Origin: a virus
Lineage: Duplodnaviria > Caudoviricetes
Reading direction: 5' to 3' (one strand)
Length of the DNA: 56,648 nt
IMG/VR virus record: IMGVR_UViG_3300032225_002228
Coordinates: 1-56,648 of that record
Of this stretch, positions 31,075 to 39,763 are shown piece after piece; within the stretch, counting starts at the first letter, position 1, and every line of letters starts with the position of its first letter. Both the position numbers and the translations under genes were made by a program. The notes under the pieces were generated by a model, which was given only the letters and a program-made list of their open reading frames with translations, was not told the origin of the DNA and made no database searches.

Positions 31075-31592
31075 ATGAATTAGAATTAGTTGAACGCTTT
31101 GACAAAATGAATAAAGTTGTTGAAGAAATGCTTAAGGGAAGTAGTCCTACGCAAATTGCAAAACAATTGTCAATGTCTCGCACACAAGTAATTGAATTGA
31201 CAGATGAATGGAAAAATATCATTCATAATGATAGTAATATTCGTGCAAGAGCAAGAGAAGCCCTCGCGGGCGCAGACCAGCATTTTGCTATGATTATTAG
31301 CAAAGCTTGGGAAACTGTAGAACAAGCAGATGCTAATTCACAATACAACACTAAAGCTCAAGCTTTAAAGCTAATTGCTGATGTTGAAAGTAAGCGTCTT
31401 GACATGTTAAATAAAGCAGGAGTGCTTGAAGACAATGGACTTGCTAATCAAATTCTTGAAACAGAAAAAAAGCAAAAAATTATTGTTGATCTTTTAAGAG
31501 AAGTAACTGCAACTTGTAATAGTTGTAAGCAAGAAGTTGCTCGCAGAATTTCTCAAATTACTGGACAAGTAGAAGCAATCAGGATTGATTAA
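31071..31592 (+). CDS. Probable terminase small subunit (N-terminal HTH)
   Basis: PTQIAKQLSMSR HTH plus helical body; coupled to terL. Confidence 0.6.
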   Translation: MNELELVERFDKMNKVVEEMLKGSSPTQIAKQLSMSRTQVIELTDEWKNIIHNDSNIRARAREALAGADQHFAMIISKAWETVEQADANSQYNTKAQALKLIADVESKRLDMLNKAGVLEDNGLANQILETEKKQKIIVDLLREVTATCNSCKQEVARRISQITGQVEAIRID

Positions 31593-33430
31593 TGTTTAAT
31601 TTTAATGATTTTTTAGAAGTATTAGAAGATGATGTTCTTGAAGAAAAACCTGTGCCAATTGAGGAATTTGTTATATCTAAAGATTTTTTAGGTTTGCCCC
31701 CACTCTCTGAACATCAATATACAATGATCAAAGCTTCAACACAAATTTATAAAAAAGAAACATTAATTCAAATTTATGGAGAAGAAGAAGGAACAAAAAA
31801 ATATAAGCAAACTTGTAATGAGATTATCTATCAACTAGGTAAAGGTTCAGGAAAAGATTATACATCCACTATTGCTTGTGCTTATATAGTTTACTTATTG
31901 CTTTGTTTAAAAGATCCTGCGGGATATTATGGAAAACCACCGGGCGACAGTATTGATATTATTAATATTGCTATAAACGCAGAGCAAGCTAAACGAGTAT
32001 TTTTTGAAAACTTTGTTAAACGCATTACAAGATGCCCTTGGTTCGATGGAAAATACGATCCAAAGGTTGCAAGCATTAAATTTAATAAAGAGATTACAGT
32101 ACACTCTGGGCACTCTCAGAGAGAGTCTTGGGAGGGCTATAATGTTCTTGTTGTTATTCTTGATGAAATTTCAGGATTTGATTTAGATTCCACATCTGGA
32201 AGTGAGCAGGCAAAAACAGCAGGTGCTATTTATAAAATGTATAGGGCATCTGTAAATTCACGATTTCCAGATTATGGAAAATTAATTCTTTTATCATTTC
32301 CTAGATATAAAAACGATTTTATTCAGCAAAGATATAATGAAGTAGTTGCCGATAAAGAAATTATTATTAGGTCTCATAAGTTTAAACTTGATATAGATTT
32401 GCCTGATGACACAGAAGGAAATGAATTTACAATTGAGTGGGAAGAAGATCACATTAGAACCTATTCAATTCCAAAAGTTTTTGCTTTAAAAAGACCTACA
32501 TGGGAAATAAATCCAACTAGAAAAATTGAAGATTTTGCTATTGATTTTTATTCAGATCCAATCGATGCTTTATCTCGTTTTGCTTGCATGCCTCCAGACG
32601 CTGTAGATGCATTTTTTAGGTCAAGAGAAAAGGTTGAAGCAGCATTTAGGTCCATGAATTTGGCTATTGACGATAATGGTAGATTTGCAGAATGGTTTCA
32701 ACCTAAAGATGATAAGTACTATTTTATTCATGTAGACTTGGCGCAAAAGCATGATCATTGTGCAGTAGCCTTGGCGCATGTTGAAAGATGGACTACAATG
32801 AAAATTGCGGGACAAATGAAAGAAGCTGCTCCATATGTTATAGTGGATGCCGTAAGATGGTGGACACCTACCTCAGATAAATCTGTAGATTTTACAGAAG
32901 TTAGAGATTATATTACTTCATTAAAGCATCGCGGATTTAATATAAAACTTGTTACATTTGATCGATGGAACTCTCATGACATGATGGAATCTTTAAGAGC
33001 CTATGGAATGAATGCTGAAATACTTTCTGTTGCTAAAAAGCATTATGAGGATATGGCTCTTGTTCTTATGGAGGAAAGACTAGAAGGTCCTAGAATTCAA
33101 TTGTTAATTGATGAATTATTGCAGTTAAGAATTGTTAAGGACAAGATTGATCACCCGCGTAAAGGCTCCAAGGATTTAGCTGATGCTGTTTCAGGCGCTA
33201 TTTATAACGCTGTAAGCAAAACACCTAAAGATTTTAATCCAACCATTGAGATTTATAATTACGACAGAGAAGATGAAGATTTAGATAAAAAAGCATTACA
33301 AGAAAAGGGAGCAACTACAATTAAACTTCCTGAATCTCCAGATATTCCTGATTACATTAAAGATTTTCTTGAAAGTCATATTAATGATGAAAATCCTGAC
33401 GGATATGTTGACAGATTTTCTATTTTGTGA
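31592..33430 (+). CDS. terL: Terminase large subunit
   Basis: GKGSGKD Walker A, ILDE Walker B, HVDLA, TFDRW, DHP...KDLADA nuclease motifs. Confidence 0.88.
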   Translation: MFNFNDFLEVLEDDVLEEKPVPIEEFVISKDFLGLPPLSEHQYTMIKASTQIYKKETLIQIYGEEEGTKKYKQTCNEIIYQLGKGSGKDYTSTIACAYIVYLLLCLKDPAGYYGKPPGDSIDIINIAINAEQAKRVFFENFVKRITRCPWFDGKYDPKVASIKFNKEITVHSGHSQRESWEGYNVLVVILDEISGFDLDSTSGSEQAKTAGAIYKMYRASVNSRFPDYGKLILLSFPRYKNDFIQQRYNEVVADKEIIIRSHKFKLDIDLPDDTEGNEFTIEWEEDHIRTYSIPKVFALKRPTWEINPTRKIEDFAIDFYSDPIDALSRFACMPPDAVDAFFRSREKVEAAFRSMNLAIDDNGRFAEWFQPKDDKYYFIHVDLAQKHDHCAVALAHVERWTTMKIAGQMKEAAPYVIVDAVRWWTPTSDKSVDFTEVRDYITSLKHRGFNIKLVTFDRWNSHDMMESLRAYGMNAEILSVAKKHYEDMALVLMEERLEGPRIQLLIDELLQLRIVKDKIDHPRKGSKDLADAVSGAIYNAVSKTPKDFNPTIEIYNYDREDEDLDKKALQEKGATTIKLPESPDIPDYIKDFLESHINDENPDGYVDRFSIL

Positions 33431-33437
33431 GTATAAT
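33408..33437 (+). promoter_or_regulatory. Sigma70-type promoter TTGACA-18-TATAAT for tRNA-Ile
   Basis: Consensus hexamers; -10 ends 8 nt before the tRNA. Confidence 0.75.
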
Positions 33438-33445
33438 ACTCCTAT

Positions 33446-33519
33446 GGGGCAGTAGCATAATCGGTAAATGCATCAGGCTTATATCCTGACGATAGTGAGT
33501 TCAAATCTCACCTGCCCTA
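33446..33519 (+). tRNA. tRNA-Ile(UAU)
   Basis: GGGGCAG/CTGCCCT acceptor; TCAGG-CTTATAT-CCTGA anticodon arm; TTCAAAT T-loop; no encoded CCA. Confidence 0.9.
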
Positions 33520-33520
33520 C

Positions 33521-33644
33521 GGAATGGTAGGTAGCGCATTTTAGGATGGATTAGTTACCCTATAACCGAGTGGCAGAGTCCCAGTGTGAGATAGTTCTCC
33601 GACCCATTTGATGCAGGACTCGTCAAGGCTCTACCTACCATTCT
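33521..33644 (+). ncRNA. Unidentified structured RNA directly downstream of tRNA-Ile
   Basis: 13-bp closing stem GAATGGTAGGTAG/CTACCTACCATTC; inner stems TAGG/CCTA and TGGC-GAGTCC/GGACTC-GTCA. Confidence 0.55.
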
Positions 33645-33674
33645 TATATGTGATAAAATATACAAGAGGTAAAT

Positions 33675-34172
33675 ATGCGAACTATAACAAAGCAAGAAAT
33701 CGTAGAGATTCTAAGGGGTCGTGATGGCGACTCCTGCTTTATTTGTAAGGGTATATTTGTTGACGAACCTCCAACAATTGATCACTGGATTCCTCGTGCT
33801 GCAAAAGGTTCAGACGATATTGAAAATCTTAGACTAACTCATCGAAAATGTAATACCGAAAAAGCCGATAGAATTCCTAATGAAGATGGTACAATTCCTG
33901 AGCGTGGCATGAATAGTTTTGATAGACATAAATTTAAAAGAATGAATAAAAAAAAACTAAAAGAAAAAGTATGTCGCGTATGCGAAGATGGAAGACTTTT
34001 ACAAAAAGATAATTTGTGTCACACCTGCGGCACAAATCCCGGACCCGAACATGCTCCGCATTATCTTAAAAGACCTTCTCATAAATGTGATCATAATCTT
34101 AACTGGTGCTGGGCTTGTTCAATAGGAATTACAGAAAGAAAATCAACAATGCAAAATTTATTAACAGGATGA
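33675..34172 (+). CDS. HNH endonuclease with extra Zn fingers
   Basis: RDGDSCFIC, TIDHWIP..GSDDIENL..HRKCN. Confidence 0.85.
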   Translation: MRTITKQEIVEILRGRDGDSCFICKGIFVDEPPTIDHWIPRAAKGSDDIENLRLTHRKCNTEKADRIPNEDGTIPERGMNSFDRHKFKRMNKKKLKEKVCRVCEDGRLLQKDNLCHTCGTNPGPEHAPHYLKRPSHKCDHNLNWCWACSIGITERKSTMQNLLTG

Positions 34173-34178
34173 TATAAT
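34170..34178 (+). promoter_or_regulatory. Extended -10 promoter TGATATAAT (probably leaderless)
   Basis: Ends 7 nt before ATG 34186. Confidence 0.55.
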
Positions 34179-34185
34179 AGTTATT

Positions 34186-34755
34186 ATGCCATACGAAATT
34201 AAAAACAATGTAGAAGGTTGCAGCGGTTATGCTGTTGTTTTGCAGAAAACAAATAAAATTGTTGGATGTCATAAAACAAAACAAGACGCTATTAAACATC
34301 TTGCTGCCCTACAAATTAATGTTGTAAATGCAGAAACAAAAAAGTTATTTTTTTCGGGCGGATCACAATCTTTTAAAATAGAATTTAGTGTTCCAGATTG
34401 TCAAGATGGCTGGGCGGTAATGAAAGATGGAACTGGACAAGTTGTTGGTTGTCACAAAACTGAAGAAGATGCAAAACTTCATGCAGAAACACTAACTACA
34501 CAATTAACAGATATTTTAGGTCAAGAAGTAAGAACAACTAAAAATCCTAATGAATATATAGACAAAGCATATAATGCTGAGTCATTTTGGGATGGGGCTT
34601 TTGCTCCTACTGGACAGTTAATTTTAGGTCCAAACTTTGCTTTAGAAAATGAAAATGGAAGGTTTTATTCGCCAATGAATACCCCACCACAAAAAGATGG
34701 CGAGCCTTCAGTCGGATATGGAAATAAATCTGGCTATGGCTATAGCAATTCATAA
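34186..34755 (+). CDS. Hypothetical protein with internal duplication
   Basis: Two C-x-G-(Y/W)AV...VGCHKT repeats. Confidence 0.7.
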   Translation: MPYEIKNNVEGCSGYAVVLQKTNKIVGCHKTKQDAIKHLAALQINVVNAETKKLFFSGGSQSFKIEFSVPDCQDGWAVMKDGTGQVVGCHKTEEDAKLHAETLTTQLTDILGQEVRTTKNPNEYIDKAYNAESFWDGAFAPTGQLILGPNFALENENGRFYSPMNTPPQKDGEPSVGYGNKSGYGYSNS

Positions 34756-34774
34756 TTAAAAAGGAGAAATTAAA

Positions 34775-35476
34775 ATGACAGAAGGTTATTCCTCAACAAG
34801 CAACATGAAAGCTGCTGCTCGCAGAGCTTTAGCTTGGCACAAAGATGGAAAGCGCGGAGGAACCATAGTTGGGTTAACCAGAGCAAATCAAATTGTTAAT
34901 GGTGAAGCGCTCTCTGAAAGTACAATTAAAAGAATGTTTAGTTTTTTTAGTCGGCATGAAGTGGATAAAAAAGCAACTGGATTTAATTCAGGAGAAGAAG
35001 GTTATCCATCTCCCGGAAGAGTTGCATGGGATTTGTGGGGTGGCGATGCAGGATTTTCATGGTCAAAAAAGCTTGTTGCTCAAATGGAAAGAAATAAATT
35101 AAAAAAGTCTTCCAAGCTTGGAGTAGGAGACATGGTTACATGGAACTCTTCAGGTGGCGCTGCAAAAGGTAAAATTACTAGAATTATTGTGTCTGGCAGC
35201 GTTAAAGTTCCAAAAACAGATTTTACTATTACGGGAACAAAAGAAAATCCGGCAGCAATGATTAGAATTTATAAAGATGGCAAACCAACCGATACAATTG
35301 TAGGACACAAACTTGATGCATTAAAACGCTCAGGTCTTAAAAAAGTTGTTTTTATTGAAGAAAAAATACCAAATGATGAATACAAAAGTTTAACTGAAGA
35401 TCAGTTAATAAAATATGAACAATATGAAACATTAGTTTCAGACATATTAAAAAAAATAAGTAAAGGAGATAAATAA
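34775..35476 (+). CDS. Two-domain phage protein (possible head-associated; Tudor-like second domain)
   Basis: RMFSFFSRHE...AWDLWGGDAG domain followed by VGDMVTWNSSGG..GKITRI. Confidence 0.6.
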   Translation: MTEGYSSTSNMKAAARRALAWHKDGKRGGTIVGLTRANQIVNGEALSESTIKRMFSFFSRHEVDKKATGFNSGEEGYPSPGRVAWDLWGGDAGFSWSKKLVAQMERNKLKKSSKLGVGDMVTWNSSGGAAKGKITRIIVSGSVKVPKTDFTITGTKENPAAMIRIYKDGKPTDTIVGHKLDALKRSGLKKVVFIEEKIPNDEYKSLTEDQLIKYEQYETLVSDILKKISKGDK

Positions 35477-35477
35477 A

Positions 35478-36218
35478 ATGACAGAAAAGTCAATTAATGG
35501 CTGGGAGCCAATTACTACTAGGTCGGACAAGCGTCTTACCATGAAGATTGTTCCCGGCACAAATGTAAAGCTGACAATGCACAAGGATGTTCTTCCACTT
35601 TTCCTTGCACTTGCAGCAGATTTTCACAAGGAAGTTGCACCACTTCGTAATGGTGAGTGTGGCGGTTATGCATTCCGCAAAGCCCGTCAAGCCGCTGCTT
35701 ATAGTGACCACAGTTCTGGAACCGCAGTTGACCTTAACTGGGGTCATGAGGGTGCTATGGGACCTAAGGGTGGAATGGTTTTCATGAATGATGCTCAGAT
35801 TAAGGCATGTGCTGAAATTAAGAAGCGTTACCAGATTGTCATCTGGGGTGGAGACAGAGCCAAGGGTGGAGATTACAAGGACCCACATTCTTGGGATCCA
35901 ATGCACTACGCTTTGAAGTCGGGCGTAACAGTAGCAGATATTCAAAAGGTTTTAAAAAACCTAGGAATTGATGCTAATGGTGTTCGTGCGGGCGCAGGAA
36001 CAAAGAAGCCAAGTCTTGTAACAAAGATTACAGCTCCTAAGCCAGCTCCAGTTGTTAAGCCAGCATATACACCACCAGCAGCACCAGCAGCCAAGCCAGC
36101 ACCAGCAGCCAAGCCAGCAGCAGCAGCCAAGCCAGCAGCAGCCAAGCCAGCAGCAGCCAAACCAGCAGCACCTGCTGCAAAGCCAGCTGCACCTGCTAAG
36201 CCAGCACCAAAGAAGTAA
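35478..36218 (+). CDS. Endolysin, M15-type Zn peptidase with Pro/Ala/Lys tail
   Basis: S.NGW, SDHSSGTAVDLN (H-x6-D), WGGD, DPMH. Confidence 0.85.
   Translation: MTEKSINGWEPITTRSDKRLTMKIVPGTNVKLTMHKDVLPLFLALAADFHKEVAPLRNGECGGYAFRKARQAAAYSDHSSGTAVDLNWGHEGAMGPKGGMVFMNDAQIKACAEIKKRYQIVIWGGDRAKGGDYKDPHSWDPMHYALKSGVTVADIQKVLKNLGIDANGVRAGAGTKKPSLVTKITAPKPAPVVKPAYTPPAAPAAKPAPAAKPAAAAKPAAAKPAAAKPAAPAAKPAAPAKPAPKK
36040..36215 (+). repeat. Coding tandem repeat (GCC)AAGCCAGCA(GCA)n = AKPAA
   Basis: About nine KPA units. Confidence 0.85.
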
Positions 36219-36225
36219 TAAAATT

Positions 36226-36261
36226 TAGAATAGGATACTTAATATAAAGCATCCTATTCTA
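36226..36261 (+). terminator. Hairpin after endolysin
   Basis: TAGAATAGGAT...ATCCTATTCTA followed by TTT. Confidence 0.55.
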
Positions 36262-36264
36262 TTT

Positions 36265-36335
36265 GCGACTGTTGCATAATGGTAGTGCGCTATCCTTCCA
36301 AGTTAGTTGTGCCAGTTCGATTCTGGTCAGTCGCT
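36265..36335 (+). tRNA. tRNA-Gly(UCC)
   Basis: GCGACTG/CAGTCGC acceptor; CTTCCAA loop; TTCGATT T-loop; U73. Confidence 0.88.
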
Positions 36336-36349
36336 CTAAATGCCCTTCA

Positions 36350-36358
36350 TGATATAAT
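36350..36358 (+). promoter_or_regulatory. Extended -10 promoter TGATATAAT
   Basis: Upstream of ATG 36394, which has an AGGAG RBS. Confidence 0.6.
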
Positions 36359-36393
36359 TAATTAAGCAAACATTTTTGCTTTAGGAGAAGGGG

Positions 36394-37638
36394 ATGTTGA
36401 AAAAAGTATTAAGAGTAACTTTAATTATTATATTATTAGTTATAATGGCTTACATTCCATCTTCCCGCGCAGCAGAGCAAACAAATTTAGTTCATAATGG
36501 TTCATTTGAAGAACCTAAAATAAACCGTTCTTTTGAATTTACTGAAGTAAAATATTGGCGTGACGGTACATTTGGAGCCTTATTAGAAATATGGAATGCT
36601 TCCAAAATGGAATTAACAGCGCCGGATGGCGATCAAATATTAGAATTAAATTCTACTGCTCAACATGAAATTAAACAGGATATTGTTGTTGAACAAAATA
36701 CAAACTATACAGTATCTTATTTGCATAAAAGAAGAATAAGTATCTGGGAATCTACCGATATAGGTATTGATGGTTCTGATTATGAAATAGCAAGTTATCA
36801 TTGCTATGAAAATACTGAAGAGTGGCACTTATGCCAAATAAAATTTAATTCTGGTCAAAATTATATGATTACTTTAATTATTAATCCATCAACAAGTGGA
36901 TCAAAGGGAAATTTAATAGATGATGTAAGAATGACTAAAGATTTTGTTGTCGAGCCAACGCCAACAGTCCAGCCGACAGAAGAACAAACTGAAACACCAA
37001 CGCCAACGCCAACAGAATCAACATCAGAACCCACTCCAGAACCAACTAGTTCTGGCAGCCCAACTCAGAGCCTTGAGCCAACAATTTTGCCAACTGAGAC
37101 TGTTTTTCCGCCCTTAGTCGATCCTTCTTCCACCCCTCCAACGGCTGAGCCTGAGCCTTCTTTTTCAAAGCTTCCGACAACGCAAACAACATTAATTGCT
37201 CCAATTGAAACACCTTTCCCTTCTGAGTCTGTGATAGATATTGCACCTGATTTTCCTCTTAATGATACCACAGAAGAAAAGGTTAATCAATTAATTAAAA
37301 ATTTATCTCCCGGAGAAGCAGTTACTGCAGAAGCTTTTGCCGAATCGGGTTTAGATTATTCTGATTTGCCTCCAGAAACTCCAATTGAATTGCCAAATGG
37401 GGTAGTCTTGACTGCAGAAATTGCTGATGCTATTCAAATTTTTGAAAATCCCAAGGAAATTATTGAAGCAGTATTTACAGATCCCAAAAAAGCTTTAAAA
37501 GCTTTAAGCAATGTGGGTGCTGACTTGCCTCCTAAAAAAAGAAAAACAGCTCAAGGAGCAGTCTTCCCAATGATTATTGTAAGTCAAATTGCAGCGTCAA
37601 CAACAATGACTTTAATTCGAAGGAGGGTAGGTAAATGA
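36394..37638 (+). CDS. Exported protein: carbohydrate-binding-like domain, P/T/E linker, C-terminal domain
   Basis: Signal anchor, NLVHNGSFEEP...IDDV jelly-roll pattern, TPTPTP linker. Confidence 0.65.
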   Translation: MLKKVLRVTLIIILLVIMAYIPSSRAAEQTNLVHNGSFEEPKINRSFEFTEVKYWRDGTFGALLEIWNASKMELTAPDGDQILELNSTAQHEIKQDIVVEQNTNYTVSYLHKRRISIWESTDIGIDGSDYEIASYHCYENTEEWHLCQIKFNSGQNYMITLIINPSTSGSKGNLIDDVRMTKDFVVEPTPTVQPTEEQTETPTPTPTESTSEPTPEPTSSGSPTQSLEPTILPTETVFPPLVDPSSTPPTAEPEPSFSKLPTTQTTLIAPIETPFPSESVIDIAPDFPLNDTTEEKVNQLIKNLSPGEAVTAEAFAESGLDYSDLPPETPIELPNGVVLTAEIADAIQIFENPKEIIEAVFTDPKKALKALSNVGADLPPKKRKTAQGAVFPMIIVSQIAASTTMTLIRRRVGK

Positions 37639-37838
37639 TAAAAAAATTCTTTAAATGGGTTAAAGATGCATGGGTAGAAATATTAAATCAAACTTTTACT
37701 CTTTTGGGCTTTTTTACTGCGTGGGTGCTTCTTGAAGGAAGTGCAAGAACAATAATCGGATATTCAGTCTTATTGTCCTTGGCAATCTGGTTGATTAGTT
37801 TACGAGTAAGGGAGGGAAAAGATAATGGAGAGAGTTAG
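37635..37838 (+). CDS. Small 2-TM membrane protein
   Basis: Hydrophobic segments; ATGA-coupled. Confidence 0.7.
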   Translation: MIKKFFKWVKDAWVEILNQTFTLLGFFTAWVLLEGSARTIIGYSVLLSLAIWLISLRVREGKDNGES

Positions 37839-38124
37839 AACTTTCATCTTAAGAATTCTTGCCACATTTATTGCTACAGCACTAGGAGTCATTGGAGCCG
37901 GAGCAATTGCTGGAGTTGATGTATTAAAAGCATGTTTGATGGCAGGAATTGCTGGAGTTGCATCAGTAATTGAAAAAATTGCACGAACCTACATGGAAGA
38001 TGGAGAATTGACAGATGCTGATATTAATGAAGCATTTGGAGAAGTAGCAGGCGCGGAAACACCTGAACCAACTGTTGAAGCATCTGTAGAAGAAACAGTT
38101 GCAGAAGAAACAACTGAGGAGTAA
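37825..38124 (+). CDS. 2-TM membrane protein with acidic tail (holin-like)
   Basis: Two hydrophobic helices, DGELTDADINEAF, E-rich tail. Confidence 0.65.
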   Translation: MERVRTFILRILATFIATALGVIGAGAIAGVDVLKACLMAGIAGVASVIEKIARTYMEDGELTDADINEAFGEVAGAETPEPTVEASVEETVAEETTEE

Positions 38125-38128
38125 TTAG

Positions 38129-38178
38129 TGCTATAATATAATCTAGAGTGGGCGTATCTCTCACGACTACGCCCACTT
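38129..38178 (+). promoter_or_regulatory. Extended -10 TGCTATAAT followed by leader hairpin
   Basis: AGTGGGCGTA...TACGCCCACT stem before the dps RBS. Confidence 0.5.
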
Positions 38179-38202
38179 TAGAAAATTTAAGGAGATTGAA
38201 TT

Positions 38203-38649
38203 ATGGAATTAGCAAAAAAGTTAAAAACATTACAAGCCAATGTTTTTCAAATGTATGCTCAAGCACATGGATACCACTGGAATGTTGAAGGCATGTTGTT
38301 TAAAGAATTGCATAAATTTTTCTTAAAAATTTATGAAGATGTATTTGATTCCATTGATCCAATTGCAGAAAATCTAAAAAAGTTAGATGACACAGCCCCA
38401 TTTGGCGCACAAGCATGGCTTAACAATGCTACAGTTACAATTAATGACAGCCAACAGTTGAATCCTATTGAAATGCTTAACAATTTGCAATTAACAAATG
38501 AATTTGTTATTGCAGAATTAAAAGATATTTTTATTGTTGCAAGTGCAGAAAATGAGCAAGGCGTTGCAAATTTTATTGCAGGGCGAATTGATCAACATCA
38601 GTTCTGGCGTTGGCAAATTAGAGCCACGCTAAAAAAAGTCGTAATCTGA
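38203..38649 (+). CDS. dps: Dps/ferritin-like DNA-protection protein
   Basis: HGYHWNVEG..F.ELH, D.IAE. Confidence 0.9.
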   Translation: MELAKKLKTLQANVFQMYAQAHGYHWNVEGMLFKELHKFFLKIYEDVFDSIDPIAENLKKLDDTAPFGAQAWLNNATVTINDSQQLNPIEMLNNLQLTNEFVIAELKDIFIVASAENEQGVANFIAGRIDQHQFWRWQIRATLKKVVI

Positions 38650-38689
38650 CTTGACAAACCAATAATCAATACTATATTATAATCTTTAT

Positions 38690-38763
38690 GCCCTCGTAGC
38701 TCAGTGGATTAGAGCAATAGGTTTCTACCCTACAGGTCGGGAGTTCGAATCTCTCCGGGGGTA
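38690..38763 (+). tRNA. tRNA-Arg(UCU)
   Basis: GCCCTCG/CGGGGGT acceptor; TTTCTAC loop; TTCGAAT; TTGACA promoter at 38651. Confidence 0.9.
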
Positions 38764-38764
38764 C

Positions 38765-38794
38765 TTGACAAATTAATATCACATAGGCTATAAT
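38765..38794 (+). promoter_or_regulatory. Sigma70-type promoter TTGACA-18-TATAAT for hsp20
   Basis: Consensus hexamers. Confidence 0.75.
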
Positions 38795-38850
38795 AATATA
38801 ATGCCCGCCAAATGGGGGTAAAATAATACTCGCTGAAAAGGAGAAATAAT

Positions 38851-39327
38851 ATGGCTACATATCAAAATGAGCATAAAAGGTTTCAAGGTTATAATAATCC
38901 CAATGAATGGAAGCCTGCATATTTTGGAACAAACACTGTCCCAAAGGACATTCTAGATACATTTATCGGATTTGATAAAATGTTTGAACGCTTGTCAAAT
39001 GTTGAAAAAACAACTGCATTCCCACCTTACAATGTTGTTAGGGCAAATGATGATGCCTTTTACATCGAACTGGCTGTTGCGGGCTTTGATCGCAAAGAGC
39101 TTGAGGTTATTGAAGATAATGGTATTTTAATTGTCAAGGGAGAGCAGGAAGAAGATAAAGATGAATATCTCTACAAGGGAATTGCAACACGCAAGTTTAC
39201 GCGCAGGTTTACACTCGCTGAGTATATGCATGTAAAGGCAGTTGATCTTGTTAATGGTATTCTTTCTATTGCAGTAATTCGTGAAATTCCGGCTGAAAAA
39301 AAGCCAAAGACATTTACAATTAAGTAA
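38851..39327 (+). CDS. Small heat-shock protein Hsp20 (IbpA-like)
   Basis: FPPYNV, ELAVAGF, YLYKGIATRKFTRRFTL, NGILSI. Confidence 0.93.
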   Translation: MATYQNEHKRFQGYNNPNEWKPAYFGTNTVPKDILDTFIGFDKMFERLSNVEKTTAFPPYNVVRANDDAFYIELAVAGFDRKELEVIEDNGILIVKGEQEEDKDEYLYKGIATRKFTRRFTLAEYMHVKAVDLVNGILSIAVIREIPAEKKPKTFTIK

Positions 39328-39331
39328 TTTA

Positions 39332-39351
39332 GGTGGGGCGCAAGCCCCACC
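39332..39351 (+). terminator. GC hairpin with GCAA tetraloop
   Basis: GGTGGGGC-GCAA-GCCCCACC; no U-tract, so may be a processing signal. Confidence 0.5.
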
Positions 39352-39356
39352 ATCTT

Positions 39357-39430
39357 AGTGGGGTAGAGCAGTTGGGTAGCTCGTGAGTCTCATAAACTCA
39401 AGGTCGTGGGTTCGAATCCCACCCCCGCCA
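39357..39430 (+). tRNA. tRNA-Met(CAU), initiator-like
   Basis: A1xC72 mismatch, A11-U24, CTCATAA loop. Confidence 0.85.
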
Positions 39431-39431
39431 C

Positions 39432-39503
39432 GCCTCCTTAGCTCAGTGGTAGAGCAACGCACTTGTAATGCGTAGGTCTGGGGTTCGAATCCCTAAGGTG
39501 GCT
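39432..39503 (+). tRNA. tRNA-Thr(UGU)
   Basis: GCCTCCT/AGGTGGC acceptor; ACGCA-CTTGTAA-TGCGT anticodon arm. Confidence 0.88.
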
Positions 39504-39523
39504 CTTAAAGAAAGAAGGATAAA

Positions 39524-39763
39524 ATGGTTGACCAATATTGGTCGTGGCTACTCTCTATACTTGGAGGGTTTTCTATTTATTTGGCAGGAAAAAAAGATTG
39601 GCGGGCATGGGGAATAACCTTACTATGTGAAGCAATCTGGCTAACATATGCAATTACTACAAAACAATATGGATTCTTTGTTGGAGTTGTAATCTATGGC
39701 ATAATTGCAACCAAAAATTTGGTACAATGGAAACGCGAACATGAAAAAAAGGGGACTGAGTAA
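39524..39763 (+). CDS. Small PnuC-like membrane protein
   Basis: Three TM segments, W-rich, QYGF motif. Confidence 0.55.
   Translation: MVDQYWSWLLSILGGFSIYLAGKKDWRAWGITLLCEAIWLTYAITTKQYGFFVGVVIYGIIATKNLVQWKREHEKKGTE

Noticed and set aside
7235-33430. Inteins or introns in dnaB, dnaE, recA or terL
   Set aside because: Lengths are normal, motifs are contiguous and no splice-junction motifs were seen
33521-33644. tRNA-associated HDV-like (theta) or hammerhead ribozyme
   Set aside because: The long end-to-end closing helix does not fit the HDV nested pseudoknot, and no CUGAUGA/GAAA core was found; kept as unassigned RNA
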